Below, one piece after another: positions 1-9,521 of a stretch of DNA of 64,000 bases. The position numbers and the translations under genes are program-made. The stretch covers positions 2,080,001 to 2,144,000 of the forward strand of contig CBDCTZ010000016.1 in NCBI GenBank assembly GCA_965222375.1, written 5' to 3'. Source of the stretch: Polyangiaceae bacterium. GTDB lineage: Bacteria > Myxococcota_A > Polyangia > Polyangiales > Polyangiaceae. The notes below the pieces were generated by a model. The model was given only the letters and a program-made list of their open reading frames with translations, had not been told where the DNA came from and ran no database searches. The number at the start of each line of letters is the position of its first letter. The stretch's first letter is position 1.

Positions 1-350
1 TCCACCAGCAGCGTGTCGACCACGCGACAGATCTCGATGAGTTGCTGCCACTCCCGACTGTTGCGCGCGAAACGCGAAACTTCCCGGGCGGCCACGGCAC
101 CCACCTGACCAAGGGAAACGTCAGCGACCAGCCGGCGGAAACCTCTGCGCTCGACGGACCCAGCTGCCGATTTGCCCAGGTCCTCATCGATCACGTCGAC
201 CTCGCGAAACCCCAACTCGCGCAATCGGTCACGCATCGCGTATTGCTGCCGCTGGCTTTCGCGGTTGTTCATCAGCTGTTGCTGGGACGACTGGCGTACG
301 TACAGGATCGCGCGTCGCGCCACGTGGTGTTCGCCGATCTTCTCATTCAT
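1..350 (-). CDS. Large serine recombinase (recombinase family protein), N-terminal part; runs off the window's left edge
   Basis: Not in the ORF track; hand translation from ATG at 350 gives MNEKIGEHHVARRAILYVRQSSQQQ...DEDLGKSAAG..RRGFRRLV...REVSRFARNSREW. It has the resolvase catalytic YxRxS motif and an SRxxR motif. GGAGG RBS upstream. Confidence 0.9.
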   Translation of the reverse strand, partial: MNEKIGEHHVARRAILYVRQSSQQQLMNNRESQRQQYAMRDRLRELGFREVDVIDEDLGKSAAGSVERRGFRRLVADVSLGQVGAVAAREVSRFARNSREWQQLIEICRVVDTLLV

Positions 351-525
351 GATGACCTCCCTTTCGTCTTCCGAGTTGTCGTCGGCTGTGTTGTCGGAGC
401 GCTTCGGCGAGCAGCGTGATGACCTCCTTGCGCGACGCTTCGGGAAGTGCCTTCCACCTCGGAAGCGGCGGGCCGGGTTGTGGCAGAACCATTTGAACCC
501 CGCGTCTTCGTCTGCGCTTCTTCAT
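343..525 (-). CDS. Small accessory ORF of the serine-recombinase element
   Basis: 60 aa (PRWKALPEASRKEVITLLAEAL...GGHHE). Overlaps the recombinase start, a layout typical of the small ORF preceding this recombinase family. Confidence 0.6.
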   Translation of the reverse strand: MKKRRRRRGVQMVLPQPGPPLPRWKALPEASRKEVITLLAEALRQHSRRQLGRRKGGHHE

Positions 526-830
526 GCGCCGTCAGTGCCCCCGACTCGTGCCCCATGTCCAGCGCTCGGGACTCCTCCAGCAGGCAGCGGAGCTCTTCGA
601 GCGCGCTCATCGACACGCGCGGTTCAGCTTCGACCCGCATCCCCGCGCAGGACACCGGGTCCAGCATCCACGCAGGGATGCTCACGAGTCGGTCCGGCGC
701 GCCCGGGCCTACCAAACAGCGGAGCATGCCGAAAGCGCCACGACAAACCACCGCGACGGCCTGACCATGCAACGGGTGCCACGCGTAAACGACGGTACGC
801 ACACCGGTCTTGTGCGCATCATGTTGTATT
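347..830 (-). CDS. DUF5372/Y4bD-like accessory protein of the recombinase element (start uncertain)
   Basis: Motifs YAWHPLHG...IPAWMLD..C..M...PRV...ALEELRCLL. Its stop overlaps the recombinase ATG (ATGA). The part of the 347..1051 ORF beyond ~830 is antisense to an unrelated fragment. Confidence 0.6.
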
Positions 831-834
831 GCTG

Positions 835-1230
835 ATGGCCGACGTCGCCGTGCACCTCGAAGAGCGCATCCTGCCCCGCGTTCCCATCCGTCACTGGAAG
901 TCATTCCTCGCACCGAGTGGGAGTTGTCCCAGAGCCATCCGACGACGACGACGCACCCAAGCCGCCTCCCGCCCCCGGCGATCAGCTCGAGTTGCTCGAC
1001 GAGACCGACGACCCTTGGGAATCCCCGACGGGGACGACGCTCCGCACTCACGCAGGCCCTGGGCTTGGCTGCTCGCGCACGTCTTCAAGGCGGAAATGGA
1101 GCACTGCCCACACTGCAACGGTCCGTTGCGACGCGCTTCGTGATATCCGCGGGGGTGCCGGGCTGAGGTAGCAACGACACGTGCCGACATCACGCGCCTT
1201 CTGGCCGAGCAGGGTGACGCGGCCCGGAAG
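835..1230 (+). pseudogene. IS91-family (rolling-circle) transposase remnant, internally deleted
   Basis: MADVAVHLEERILPRVPIRHW resembles the region after the Zn-binding domain. It is joined to C-terminal-type motifs RRPWAWLLAHVF...CPHCNGPLR and EVATTRADITRLLAEQG in shifting frames. The catalytic core is absent. Confidence 0.7.
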
Positions 1231-1234
1231 GCCG

Positions 1235-1853
1235 TCAAGCTCCCCGGAGACCAAAGACCCCTCCCTGCACAATTGGCGTGATCCACGCCAGCTGCTCGAG
1301 GGTCGGATACGCCGCTAGTCCACGCTCACCCTGGGGCGCGCCGCGGTGGTTCCGAATGTGTGCTTCTGACCAGAAGAACAAGCTGCGTCGCGCACTGGGT
1401 TTCGACCCGGCACTTGATCGTCTTCTTTCTCAGTTGCCCTTGCACGAAGGGTGTCGCTAGCGCGTCAACCGCTCAGGCGGCCCACAGCTCCGGCCCGTCG
1501 TCGATGCGTACTTGATGCGGGGTGGGATCGACGGTCAATGGATATACCCAAGTGACGTCGCCCCGCTGGTTGCAGACCAAGAAAGCTTTCCGCCGCTCGA
1601 GCCGCGCCAAGATGTCCTTCACGCGGTCGACAGGCAGTTTCATCTCGTCGGAAATTTCTTGTGCCGGGATCGGACGGGCGACATCTGCCAAGTGCGTCGT
1701 GACAAAGGCTCTCACTCGGCGGTGTTCGTCATCTGGCAGCGCGTCGAACGCTGCCCGGAAGCCACGCTCTGCGAAGCGCATCGCCCGCGACCACAGACCG
1801 TGCGGGATCCGAAGTAGGTGGCGTCTCACTCCAACTCGCAGCGCGTCTTGCAT
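1235..1853 (-). pseudogene. MerB-like (organomercurial lyase-like) probable selenoprotein, with internal deletion/frameshift at ~1391
   Basis: HTH-like region, then WVYPLTVDPTPHQV...LWAA-UGA(1475-1473)-AVDALATPFVQG...ETQCA. The UGA sits at the Cys position of the MerB CAxDAL motif. A MerB-type C-terminus (RSLFFWSEAH...TLEQ) continues in another frame from 1390 to 1235. Confidence 0.7.
1431..1472 (-). promoter_or_regulatory. Putative bacterial SECIS hairpin
   Basis: Immediately 3' of the UGA: lower stem CGGUUG/CAACUG and upper stem CCCUU/AAGGG closing a CGUGC loop. Confidence 0.5.
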
Positions 1854-2069
1854 CACGGTCGCGATGCTGCTCGACAAGCCCACGCTTGTCGAGGGCCGTC
1901 TGCGGCTGGCTAGCGTCAAGGCGTGGGGCCGTGCGGGAGTAGTGCCCATACTGGCAGTAGCGGCGGCTCCGGCGGCTCACGGACCCCTGCGTGCCCGGGC
2001 TGACTTTGTGTCGAGTGGTGAGAAAAATACTGCACCCAGACCGAGCAGTCGCGCGTGACCGGCTCGGCC

Positions 2070-2255
2070 GATGGCTCACGTCGACCACTGACCCTCAAAA
2101 CAGCGACGTGCCATACTACTCGCCGGATGGAAGCAAGATCGTTTTCCACAGCAACAGAAGACGGCGAGGTTGGGCTGTACGTGCTGGATACGTCGACTGA
2201 CGAGAGCGCCCATCTGACTAGCGAAGTCGAGTGGTGCGACTGGATTGAGCTTTGA
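2070..2255 (+). pseudogene. C-terminal fragment of a TolB-like/PD40 propeller protein
   Basis: PYYSPDGSKIVFHSNR, then a frameshift to DGEVGLYVLDT...WCDW. No N-terminus. Confidence 0.6.
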
Positions 2256-2313
2256 ACACGAGCTGGCGGAGTCGCGAACGAGAGCGCTTTGGACAACGAG
2301 TGAGGTTGCGCAA

Positions 2314-3429
2314 ATGAAACGAACAACCGCGAAGAGAGCTGGGGCCGGATCGCTGATGACGATGCTCGCCTTTTTGTTCTTGGGCTGTGGGAGTCAGGCG
2401 CCTGCGGACGAGGGCAGTTACGACGCCGGTGGGAGTGGCCAACTCGACGCAGAAGTGGACAGCGCCGTGAACTCCGGCCGTTGCACCGGAAATGGGCTGA
2501 TCGCGCTTGTCGACCACGATTCGAACGGTCGGCAGCAGTTGTACACGGTGAAACCCGATGGAACCGACCGCAGGCAGTTGACGTTCTTCGAAAACGGTGA
2601 CGGCTACAACGGGCTCCCCAGCTGGTCCGGTGACGGGTCGAGGTTGGTCTACAGTACCACGACCGACCCCGCGAGCCCGCAGCGGGATGTCTGGATGATG
2701 AATGCCGACGGTTCCAACAAGCAGCTACTCATCGAAGACGCACTCTTCCCCGCCTGGGGGACGAACGCGATCGTGTACATGCGGCACAGCGACCTGAGCC
2801 TGTACATCGTCGACGTTGCGGGCGACAAAGCGGGAGCGCCGCGACTACTGGTTGCGCCTGGGTCAGAGTTCTTCGTGGCTCTGCACCCAGCCTGGTCTCG
2901 GGATGGCAAGACCGTTGCCTTTGCGGCCTACACGACCCAAGACCCGGATCTCGATGACGTCAGCTTCGGCTGCGAAGCGCAGAGCTTCTCGGCAGACGTC
3001 TGGCTCATCGACGCCGATGGTCAGAATCTGCGCAAGCTCACCACCGATGATTCCCACTTCAATCAGGATCTGGCGGGGAAGCAGCTCAATTCGGCGTTCG
3101 ACGCGAACGCGCCAGACTGGTCGCCGACCGGCGACCAAGTGGCCTTTTGGTCAGGGCAGGAGTTTTGTCGCGGCAATCTCTGGAAGATGAACGCCGACGG
3201 CACGGGGCGCGTTCAAGTGACGTTCAACGACAGCACGAAGTTCAACAACGACGATCCGGCATGGTCGCCTGACGGTGAGTACCTTCTGTACGGAACCCAG
3301 AAATCAATGACCAGGCCCGAGCTCTGGGTGGTTCGAAGCGATGGGTCGAGTGCCGAGGACCACTTCGTGACCACGACGACGCCCTCACCGTTTCCGGGCG
3401 ATGCGGCTTGGCAGCCGCGGTGCAAATGA
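2314..3429 (+). CDS. TolB-like (PD40 repeat) beta-propeller lipoprotein
   Basis: Lipobox FLGC and repeated P(S/A/D)WSxDG motifs. ATG at 2314 with GAGG upstream. Confidence 0.85.
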   Translation: MKRTTAKRAGAGSLMTMLAFLFLGCGSQAPADEGSYDAGGSGQLDAEVDSAVNSGRCTGNGLIALVDHDSNGRQQLYTVKPDGTDRRQLTFFENGDGYNGLPSWSGDGSRLVYSTTTDPASPQRDVWMMNADGSNKQLLIEDALFPAWGTNAIVYMRHSDLSLYIVDVAGDKAGAPRLLVAPGSEFFVALHPAWSRDGKTVAFAAYTTQDPDLDDVSFGCEAQSFSADVWLIDADGQNLRKLTTDDSHFNQDLAGKQLNSAFDANAPDWSPTGDQVAFWSGQEFCRGNLWKMNADGTGRVQVTFNDSTKFNNDDPAWSPDGEYLLYGTQKSMTRPELWVVRSDGSSAEDHFVTTTTPSPFPGDAAWQPRCK

Positions 3430-3675
3430 GGCCCGCGTGGGGCGCCAACGTCGCCAACGAAAGTGACGTCGGGCAGCGGATGGGAGGCAAGCACGCTGGC
3501 TCTACGCTTGCGCAACACGGACGCGGAAGTCAGCGCGCTCCAAGAGTGATGCAGCGTCAATGCGCTCCGCGAGCGGCCCGCACGAGAATAGTGCCGCAAT
3601 GTCGCACCATCGCCACGACCCCAAAACCAGGACGGAGTCAAGAGGGTTGCTTGCCTCATCCGGGCTGAGACGAGC

Positions 3676-4698
3676 CTAGGGCAATGCGCTCGGTAGGCGT
3701 CGAGTAGCCGGCGCAATGCCAACGGCGATCGCGGGGAAAGCTTCGTCATCGTCGCTGCCCGCTCGCTGAGTCACGAAGAGCAGGGTGTACCCGTCGCGGG
3801 GCAATACCGCGGGCGCTCGGGGGAGGCGTGGACCGGTCAAGGCGGGTGCGGGGTTGCGGGACATGGGTCCCGAACTCGCGTAGCGCCCGGCCAGGCCGAC
3901 TCCAGTCGCGCCGCTGTTGGATGTGCCAGTGTAGTACAGCCGCGTGACGGCGCGCCCTTCGGCAGTGGTGGCTGCCCACGCCTCCGGATCTCCTACCGCC
4001 ATCGCGTCGAAGGCATCGCCCGCGCCTGCTTCCAGCACCGGCAACTCTTCCCTCGTCCAGGTAGAGCCATCCCCGGACCGAGCTTCACCGATGCGGCCAT
4101 TGGCTGCGAAAAACAGTACGGTGACTCCGCTGCTCAAAGGGAGCAGGGCCGGCGCAGCGGGCACCGCAGAGCCTTCCCAGGGTTTCGCACCGCTCACGGA
4201 AAGCGCTGGCGAAGCCGCGTTGCTGAAGCTAGTCCCGTCCCCAGAGCGCGCGATACCGATCCCTTCCGCGCCGGAGTAGGCCAGCCACACCTCGCCGCCG
4301 ACCCGCGCAACCGATGGCGCCTCGAGCGTCGCACCTTCCCAAGCCTCCGCGGCCTGTAAGATCGGTGCGCTCGGGTCCGGCTGCTCCAGAAAGCTGCGAC
4401 CGTCTTCAGCGATGAAACGATAGATACCCGAGACGCCACCGATGGTGGCCGGCGCGTAGAGTGCTACGCGCTGTCCATCCAAAGCCAATAGGGTGGCATC
4501 TCGGTGGTCTACGGAGCGGCGCCGCAGCGTGTAGGGCGCGTTGCTCGCCAATTCCGGGCGCACCAGGTAACGAAACGGGCCCGCCTTGTTGTTGGGCCGC
4601 ACCGCGTCATCGTCCCCGGCTTCGTTGGCCAAGGTGGCACAAGCCGCCGCAGCCAAGCAGGGCGTTAGCCAACCGAGTCGCGCCACCGTGCGCTTCAT
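3676..4698 (-). CDS. Lipoprotein with a five-bladed beta-propeller (GH43/GH130-like fold)
   Basis: Signal MKRTVARLGWLTPCLAAAAC. Repeated blades (WEG...APSV...WLAYS, IGxAxSxDG, FD...VGDP..LYYTG). ATGA overlap with the upstream gene. Confidence 0.7.
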   Translation of the reverse strand: MKRTVARLGWLTPCLAAAACATLANEAGDDDAVRPNNKAGPFRYLVRPELASNAPYTLRRRSVDHRDATLLALDGQRVALYAPATIGGVSGIYRFIAEDGRSFLEQPDPSAPILQAAEAWEGATLEAPSVARVGGEVWLAYSGAEGIGIARSGDGTSFSNAASPALSVSGAKPWEGSAVPAAPALLPLSSGVTVLFFAANGRIGEARSGDGSTWTREELPVLEAGAGDAFDAMAVGDPEAWAATTAEGRAVTRLYYTGTSNSGATGVGLAGRYASSGPMSRNPAPALTGPRLPRAPAVLPRDGYTLLFVTQRAGSDDDEAFPAIAVGIAPATRRLPSALP

Positions 4699-6044
4699 TG
4701 AAACCCCACGCCTAGCGTTGCTCCCAAGTTCATGATGGTTCCGCGGGCGCGGTAATCGCCGACGTAGTCCGCTGGATTGTCCTTCAGGGTGACTCGCGTT
4801 GGTAGCACTGACCACTGGAGGTGTGCGTCGAAGCGCAGATCCCCGGGCAGGACCTCGCCCGGATCCGACATCACGAAACCCGAGCCCACAGAAAAGACGT
4901 GACGGTGGGCGTCGACGAAGTTGGTCACGCCTGTCTGAGGCGGCACCGGCGAGTGCTCGTAGAAGTACCCTGCGCGCAAGGGCACGCTGAAGTCCCGAAC
5001 GACCTCCAGGAAGTACTCGACGCCCACGCGCGGGACCAAGCGGTTCTTGAAGTTTGGGTCCTCCACCTTCGTGGGCTTTGGGTTTTCCGGAAGCTCGAAG
5101 TTCGCCGGAACGTTCACATCCAAGACGGTCTGAGAACGGCTCACCGGGCTCTTGTACGCCGCCCAATTCACCCAGGTCACGTCTGCCGAAACCCGGAGCT
5201 GTCTGGTCAGCTGGTAGCCACCGCCGACCACGACCTGCTGGGGAATGAAGGCGTTCACGGTGGCCGACGTGAGGGTGTAGCGCGCTGGTACCTGCAACAG
5301 CGTGGCGTCGATGTCGCCGGCGAGCTCTGCGTCGATGTTCAAGGCGATTTCGGCTTGCCCCCGATACACGGCCGCCACGTCGAGTTCGCGCGTGGGGCGC
5401 ACGGTCACGCCGAACTGCGGGTAGCGCACCGAGGTTAGATCCGCGTCCACTTCGTGCTCGAGTTCCGAGTCGTACTCAGTGCGGCTGCCACTCGGCAGGA
5501 CTGCAGTTCCTCGAATTCCAAACCGGCCCTGGGTGGCGGCCAGCCAAGTGATGCCGCCGCCGACCGAAAGCCAGTGGACGGGACGAAGAGCTACGCCGGC
5601 GGACAAGTATAAGAGTTGGGGCCGGTTGTCGTACAAGAGCCAGCGAGGTGTGTCTTGGCGTGTGCTCCGGGCTCGAGACAGTCTTTCGTCGGACAGGTGG
5701 GTAGCAATGCCAAACGCGAAGGGCAGGGTGCCCACGCTGCCTGGTGCGACGATTCCTCCCACCAGGCCGCGCACGGGATCCAATTGGCTATCCTGGCCGT
5801 TCATCTCCAGTCGATGAGCAACGCTGGCGTAGCCCACGGACAGATCCGTTCCGCGGGTAAGTGCCAGGCCGGAAGGGTTGTAGTAGCAAGCGGAGAAATC
5901 CCGAACGCTCGCACTCATGGCACCGCCAAGGGCCGTCGAGCGCGAGCCCAGACCGTAGGTGTCTACGGGGCTGGCTGCAGCGGACGTCGGCAGCAACGAG
6001 CCCGATACAGCCGCTACCACAACGAGTCCAAAACGCGCTCGCAT
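4695..6044 (-). CDS. FadL/OmpP1-like outer-membrane hydrophobic-compound transporter
   Basis: Signal peptide, then YGLGSRSTALGGA...YYNPSGL hatch motif, amphipathic strands, RAGYFYEHSPVP, and an aromatic residue near the C-terminus. Confidence 0.85.
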   Translation of the reverse strand: MRARFGLVVVAAVSGSLLPTSAAASPVDTYGLGSRSTALGGAMSASVRDFSACYYNPSGLALTRGTDLSVGYASVAHRLEMNGQDSQLDPVRGLVGGIVAPGSVGTLPFAFGIATHLSDERLSRARSTRQDTPRWLLYDNRPQLLYLSAGVALRPVHWLSVGGGITWLAATQGRFGIRGTAVLPSGSRTEYDSELEHEVDADLTSVRYPQFGVTVRPTRELDVAAVYRGQAEIALNIDAELAGDIDATLLQVPARYTLTSATVNAFIPQQVVVGGGYQLTRQLRVSADVTWVNWAAYKSPVSRSQTVLDVNVPANFELPENPKPTKVEDPNFKNRLVPRVGVEYFLEVVRDFSVPLRAGYFYEHSPVPPQTGVTNFVDAHRHVFSVGSGFVMSDPGEVLPGDLRFDAHLQWSVLPTRVTLKDNPADYVGDYRARGTIMNLGATLGVGFQ

Positions 6045-7333
6045 CAGAACTTCACTCCCAGGATCAGCCCGAAGTTCTGTACCGTGCCGCGGCTCTCGAT
6101 GCTCGGCGCGCCCGGATTGTCTGCGGGCACGGTCGAGTCCTTGTCGTGGCTGCGCGGTGCGAGGAATTGCAGCTGGTAGAAGGCGTCCACGCTGATGGGT
6201 GGCAGCGGCTCTACGAGATCGATTCCGTATCCGGCAGCGGCTACGTGTCGGTGGCTATCGAGCACATTCATGCTGCCCGTTTGTTCGGGCAGCGGGCTGG
6301 GCTCGAAGGCGTATCCGGCGCGCAGCTCTGCGCGTGCGCGAGCGGAAAGGTCGAATCCAAACATCGCTCCGACCCGAGGCACGACAACATCGTGAAAATC
6401 GATGGCCTGGACCTTGAGCGCAGCGCAGTCTGGCTGCGTGCTTGGGCATTTCACGGTCGGTCGCTGGAAGCCGTCGAAGGCCGACCAGCGCTTCCAGGTC
6501 GCACCGGCGACCACGGTCAGCTGATCGAAGCGATGGCTGACTTCAGCCTGAAGCGCCATGGGATCGTATTGCGCGATGCCAGAGATGTTCAGGGTAGGCA
6601 CGACGAGGCTACCCAGATCGCGAACCTCCACGATGACGTCGAACTCGCCTTCTAGGGCGCCGCGCCAAGTGAGGCCGAATTGGGTGTCCTCGAGCTGGTA
6701 GGCAGCGCCGAAGATCGGCGCGTAGGTGGCGATCAACTGATCGTCCACGGTCGTGCCCACGCGACCCGAGGTGTCCGTCTGCACGACAACTGTGCCCACC
6801 AGTTCTGCCAGCGCCAGAAAGCCCGCTCCGACTTGCAGCCCATGTCCCAGATCCACCCCCAAGCCCAGGTTGAAGTTCAGAGTCTGTGCGCGGTCGGTCA
6901 GCAGCGGGAACTGCGCCCGCTCGGGGTAGAGCAGCCGGGCGCGCGCGATGAGCTGCGTCGGCGTGTAGGTGCCTAGACCCAGAGTGAGTCGGTCTTCCAA
7001 CACGCCGCCAAAGGGCAGAGGCAGTACCACTCCGATGAACGTTCCCGCGACACCGTCCTCGGACAGATCACCGGGGGCGTTGGGGCCACGCGCTTCCAGC
7101 GAGAGCTTGGCGGCCTGATAACCCAAGCTCAGCTGACGATTGCGGCTGAGAGCGAGTAGTGCCGGGTTGGCATAGGTCGCGGAAAAGCCCCTAGCGACGG
7201 CAGGGCCGGCGCCGGCCATGGCTTGGGGGCGCGGGCCAAAGCCGTAGAGTTCTGCGGGGGACGCACTCGCAGCGCCGCACAGCGCGCTGCACGCCAGCCC
7301 GACAAGGTACGCATAGGATCTGTGGTGGGTCAC
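6044..7333 (-). CDS. Second FadL/OmpP1-like outer-membrane transporter
   Basis: YGFGPRPQAMAGA...YANPALL, RAGYAFEPSPLP, C-terminal Phe. Probable GTG start at 7333 (ORF open to 7375). Confidence 0.85.
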   Translation of the reverse strand: MTHHRSYAYLVGLACSALCGAASASPAELYGFGPRPQAMAGAGPAVARGFSATYANPALLALSRNRQLSLGYQAAKLSLEARGPNAPGDLSEDGVAGTFIGVVLPLPFGGVLEDRLTLGLGTYTPTQLIARARLLYPERAQFPLLTDRAQTLNFNLGLGVDLGHGLQVGAGFLALAELVGTVVVQTDTSGRVGTTVDDQLIATYAPIFGAAYQLEDTQFGLTWRGALEGEFDVIVEVRDLGSLVVPTLNISGIAQYDPMALQAEVSHRFDQLTVVAGATWKRWSAFDGFQRPTVKCPSTQPDCAALKVQAIDFHDVVVPRVGAMFGFDLSARARAELRAGYAFEPSPLPEQTGSMNVLDSHRHVAAAGYGIDLVEPLPPISVDAFYQLQFLAPRSHDKDSTVPADNPGAPSIESRGTVQNFGLILGVKF

Positions 7334-7343
7334 GAACTCGACT

Positions 7344-9371
7344 CTACGGTGCGGGTACGCGTCCGACGGGTTCATCCATGAAGTTCCGAACGAACCTCGC
7401 GCTCTGGGTCATGGCGGCAGGAATGTCGTAGATCACGAAGTGTCCGTCGGATGTTTTGGCGGGCTCCCACTGCGCCAGTACGCCGCTGGCCTTGCCATCT
7501 GCCAGATTGCCGGACAGCCCTCCCTTCGGGATCGTGACGGGCGCGAGGCTGGCGTCGAACTCAGCTTCGTAGACTGGATGGATCACGGGTTCCTGCGGCG
7601 GCAAGCCGAGGGCCACTGCTTGGGCCTCGATCCCCCGTGGGGTCGAGAAGTTGTCGCCAGAGCCGTCGGCGTTGACGCCCTCGGTCATCAATATGCTTTT
7701 TGGCGCGAAGCCGGAGCGAGGATTGCGGGTGATGTATGGGACGTAGTGAATGGGATCTGTCGGGTCCACGATGGTCTGGGCCAGGTTGAGCGCGGGGTGG
7801 AACTCGTCCAATTCGGCTTCTTCCTCCACAGCAAGTGCGAGAAAGACCTTTTTGACGAGCCCGGCGATGTTTAGGGGCTCGGTCTTTTCCAGCAGTGTGA
7901 TCATGATGACGCTTGCGGAGCCGCTCAACACGGCCCCTAGGGAACTGTCGTCAACTGCCAAGTACAACGGGCCATTCAGTCCGCCTTGGGAGTGACCGAA
8001 GAAGCCAAGCTTGGAAGCGTCGAAGCGGATCTCTTTGCCGCCGTAGGCAACGCTGGCGGGCACCGTGGCCTTCGAGACCGTGAACAAGCGAGCTTGCTGC
8101 ACCACGTCGATTGCCGACTGCGGGCCGTTGGCACGCGCCGCCACCAGGTTTTGCACGTTGAAGAAGAGCAAATCCGGGGTCCCGGCAGCGGCGCCAGGGC
8201 GAGTGCCGTGGAAGATCTGGTCGATGCCCATGGTGGCAATGCACTGCTTGGCCAAGGACTCTGCTTCGTCGCCAGCGCCGAGAAGCGAACGGTAGTTGCC
8301 ACCTGTGCCATGAGCGTAGAGCACGATTGGGTAACCACTCGCCGGGATCGGACACTTGGTTGGATCCGGCACGGCCAGGGTGAACCGCAGGTCGAATTCG
8401 CGCTGCAGCTCGGGCGTTCCGCTGTCGTCGAACGCAAGCGCGCCGCCATCCCCGTACTTGGCGAAGGGTATGCTTCCTTTCTGAAAATCCGGGGACGGCC
8501 CGTAGATGCCCTCGTAGACTTCCATCACGCCGGGGCGGTTGTCTTTTGGCCTGGTCTGCCAGCTGCTCAGCTGCACTGTGGGTGCCGGGTACTCCTTCAC
8601 CACCCAGTCCCGAAGCGCCTGGACCTCGGCGACAGGGTCATTGGTCGAATAGACGGCCAAGTGAACGATCGTCTCGCGGGGCACGCCGGCTGCTTCAATT
8701 GCTTTCACGTCTTCGGAAAGAGCCCTTCTTAGCTCCTGGGTGGCCTCGCCCGCCGGTCGTGCGCCAAGCACCTCACCTAGCTGTTGGGACGCTTCGACTC
8801 TTCCACCTGCCGCGGTGCGTATTCGATTCGTTACGACCAGCGCGTAGCGGTGCTCGGGCTTCAGCGGGTAGCCGAAGACGGGCAGGAAGGTCAGCGTGTT
8901 GTCCGGATAGTACAGCGCAGGGCTCGGAGCCAGCTGCACGCGAATCAGCTGCCGTTCGCCGTGCTCAGTGGCGCCGGGAGTGATGTCGATGAGTTGCACG
9001 CTGCTATTGGCATCCATCGCGTCGAGAGGGGTCGCTGGAAGCGAGTTCGGATTCAGAGCCGTCGTAAAGCGCAAGAAGCCGCCAGCAGCGGGTGAGAAAC
9101 CGGTGAGCAGCGACTGCATGGACTCCGTGAACTGGTCGAGCAGCGGTAGCTCGCGCGGATTCGGGAAGCCGGCGAACCTGACTGTTCCGTCAGCTCCTCG
9201 GCGGAAGTCGCTAGGCCAGGGGTGGTCGAAAAAACTTTCGTCTGCCAAGGCATCCAGCGTCGCCGGCACCACGTAGATGCTGTGGCCCGGGGGCGGTTCG
9301 TCCGACTCACCGTCGCCACAGCCCACGACCGAAAGTCCGAGCACCCCGATCAGCGCTAGCCAGCCCCGCAT
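7344..9371 (-). CDS. Alpha/beta-hydrolase (lipase-like) lipoprotein with N-terminal Ig-like region
   Basis: Lipobox VVGC, oxyanion YAHGTGG, nucleophile GHSQGG, C-terminal DGHF. Confidence 0.8.
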   Translation of the reverse strand: MRGWLALIGVLGLSVVGCGDGESDEPPPGHSIYVVPATLDALADESFFDHPWPSDFRRGADGTVRFAGFPNPRELPLLDQFTESMQSLLTGFSPAAGGFLRFTTALNPNSLPATPLDAMDANSSVQLIDITPGATEHGERQLIRVQLAPSPALYYPDNTLTFLPVFGYPLKPEHRYALVVTNRIRTAAGGRVEASQQLGEVLGARPAGEATQELRRALSEDVKAIEAAGVPRETIVHLAVYSTNDPVAEVQALRDWVVKEYPAPTVQLSSWQTRPKDNRPGVMEVYEGIYGPSPDFQKGSIPFAKYGDGGALAFDDSGTPELQREFDLRFTLAVPDPTKCPIPASGYPIVLYAHGTGGNYRSLLGAGDEAESLAKQCIATMGIDQIFHGTRPGAAAGTPDLLFFNVQNLVAARANGPQSAIDVVQQARLFTVSKATVPASVAYGGKEIRFDASKLGFFGHSQGGLNGPLYLAVDDSSLGAVLSGSASVIMITLLEKTEPLNIAGLVKKVFLALAVEEEAELDEFHPALNLAQTIVDPTDPIHYVPYITRNPRSGFAPKSILMTEGVNADGSGDNFSTPRGIEAQAVALGLPPQEPVIHPVYEAEFDASLAPVTIPKGGLSGNLADGKASGVLAQWEPAKTSDGHFVIYDIPAAMTQSARFVRNFMDEPVGRVPAP

Positions 9372-9521
9372 CGCTCATAGTCCTAGCCGATCCGGCCCGC
9401 GGCCGCATGGTCCAGCCGGTTTTCGTTTCGGATCCGAGGGCCTGCGGGATCGGGATTGGCACGATTGACTCCGGACCACGCCCAGCCAAGACCTCCGACC
9501 CTACCTGCAAGGAGATACGAC

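Larger units (their letters stand above)
1..834 (-). mobile_element. Right end of a serine-recombinase mobile element
   Basis: Recombinase plus two accessory ORFs, with an abrupt switch at ~834 to transposase-like sequence on the opposite strand. Confidence 0.6.

Noticed and set aside
9380..9521. ZTP (pfl) riboswitch upstream of purT
   Set aside because: Plausible by context, but I could not find the conserved elements such as the 3' GCCUGGGC hairpin. An Rfam/Infernal scan would settle it.
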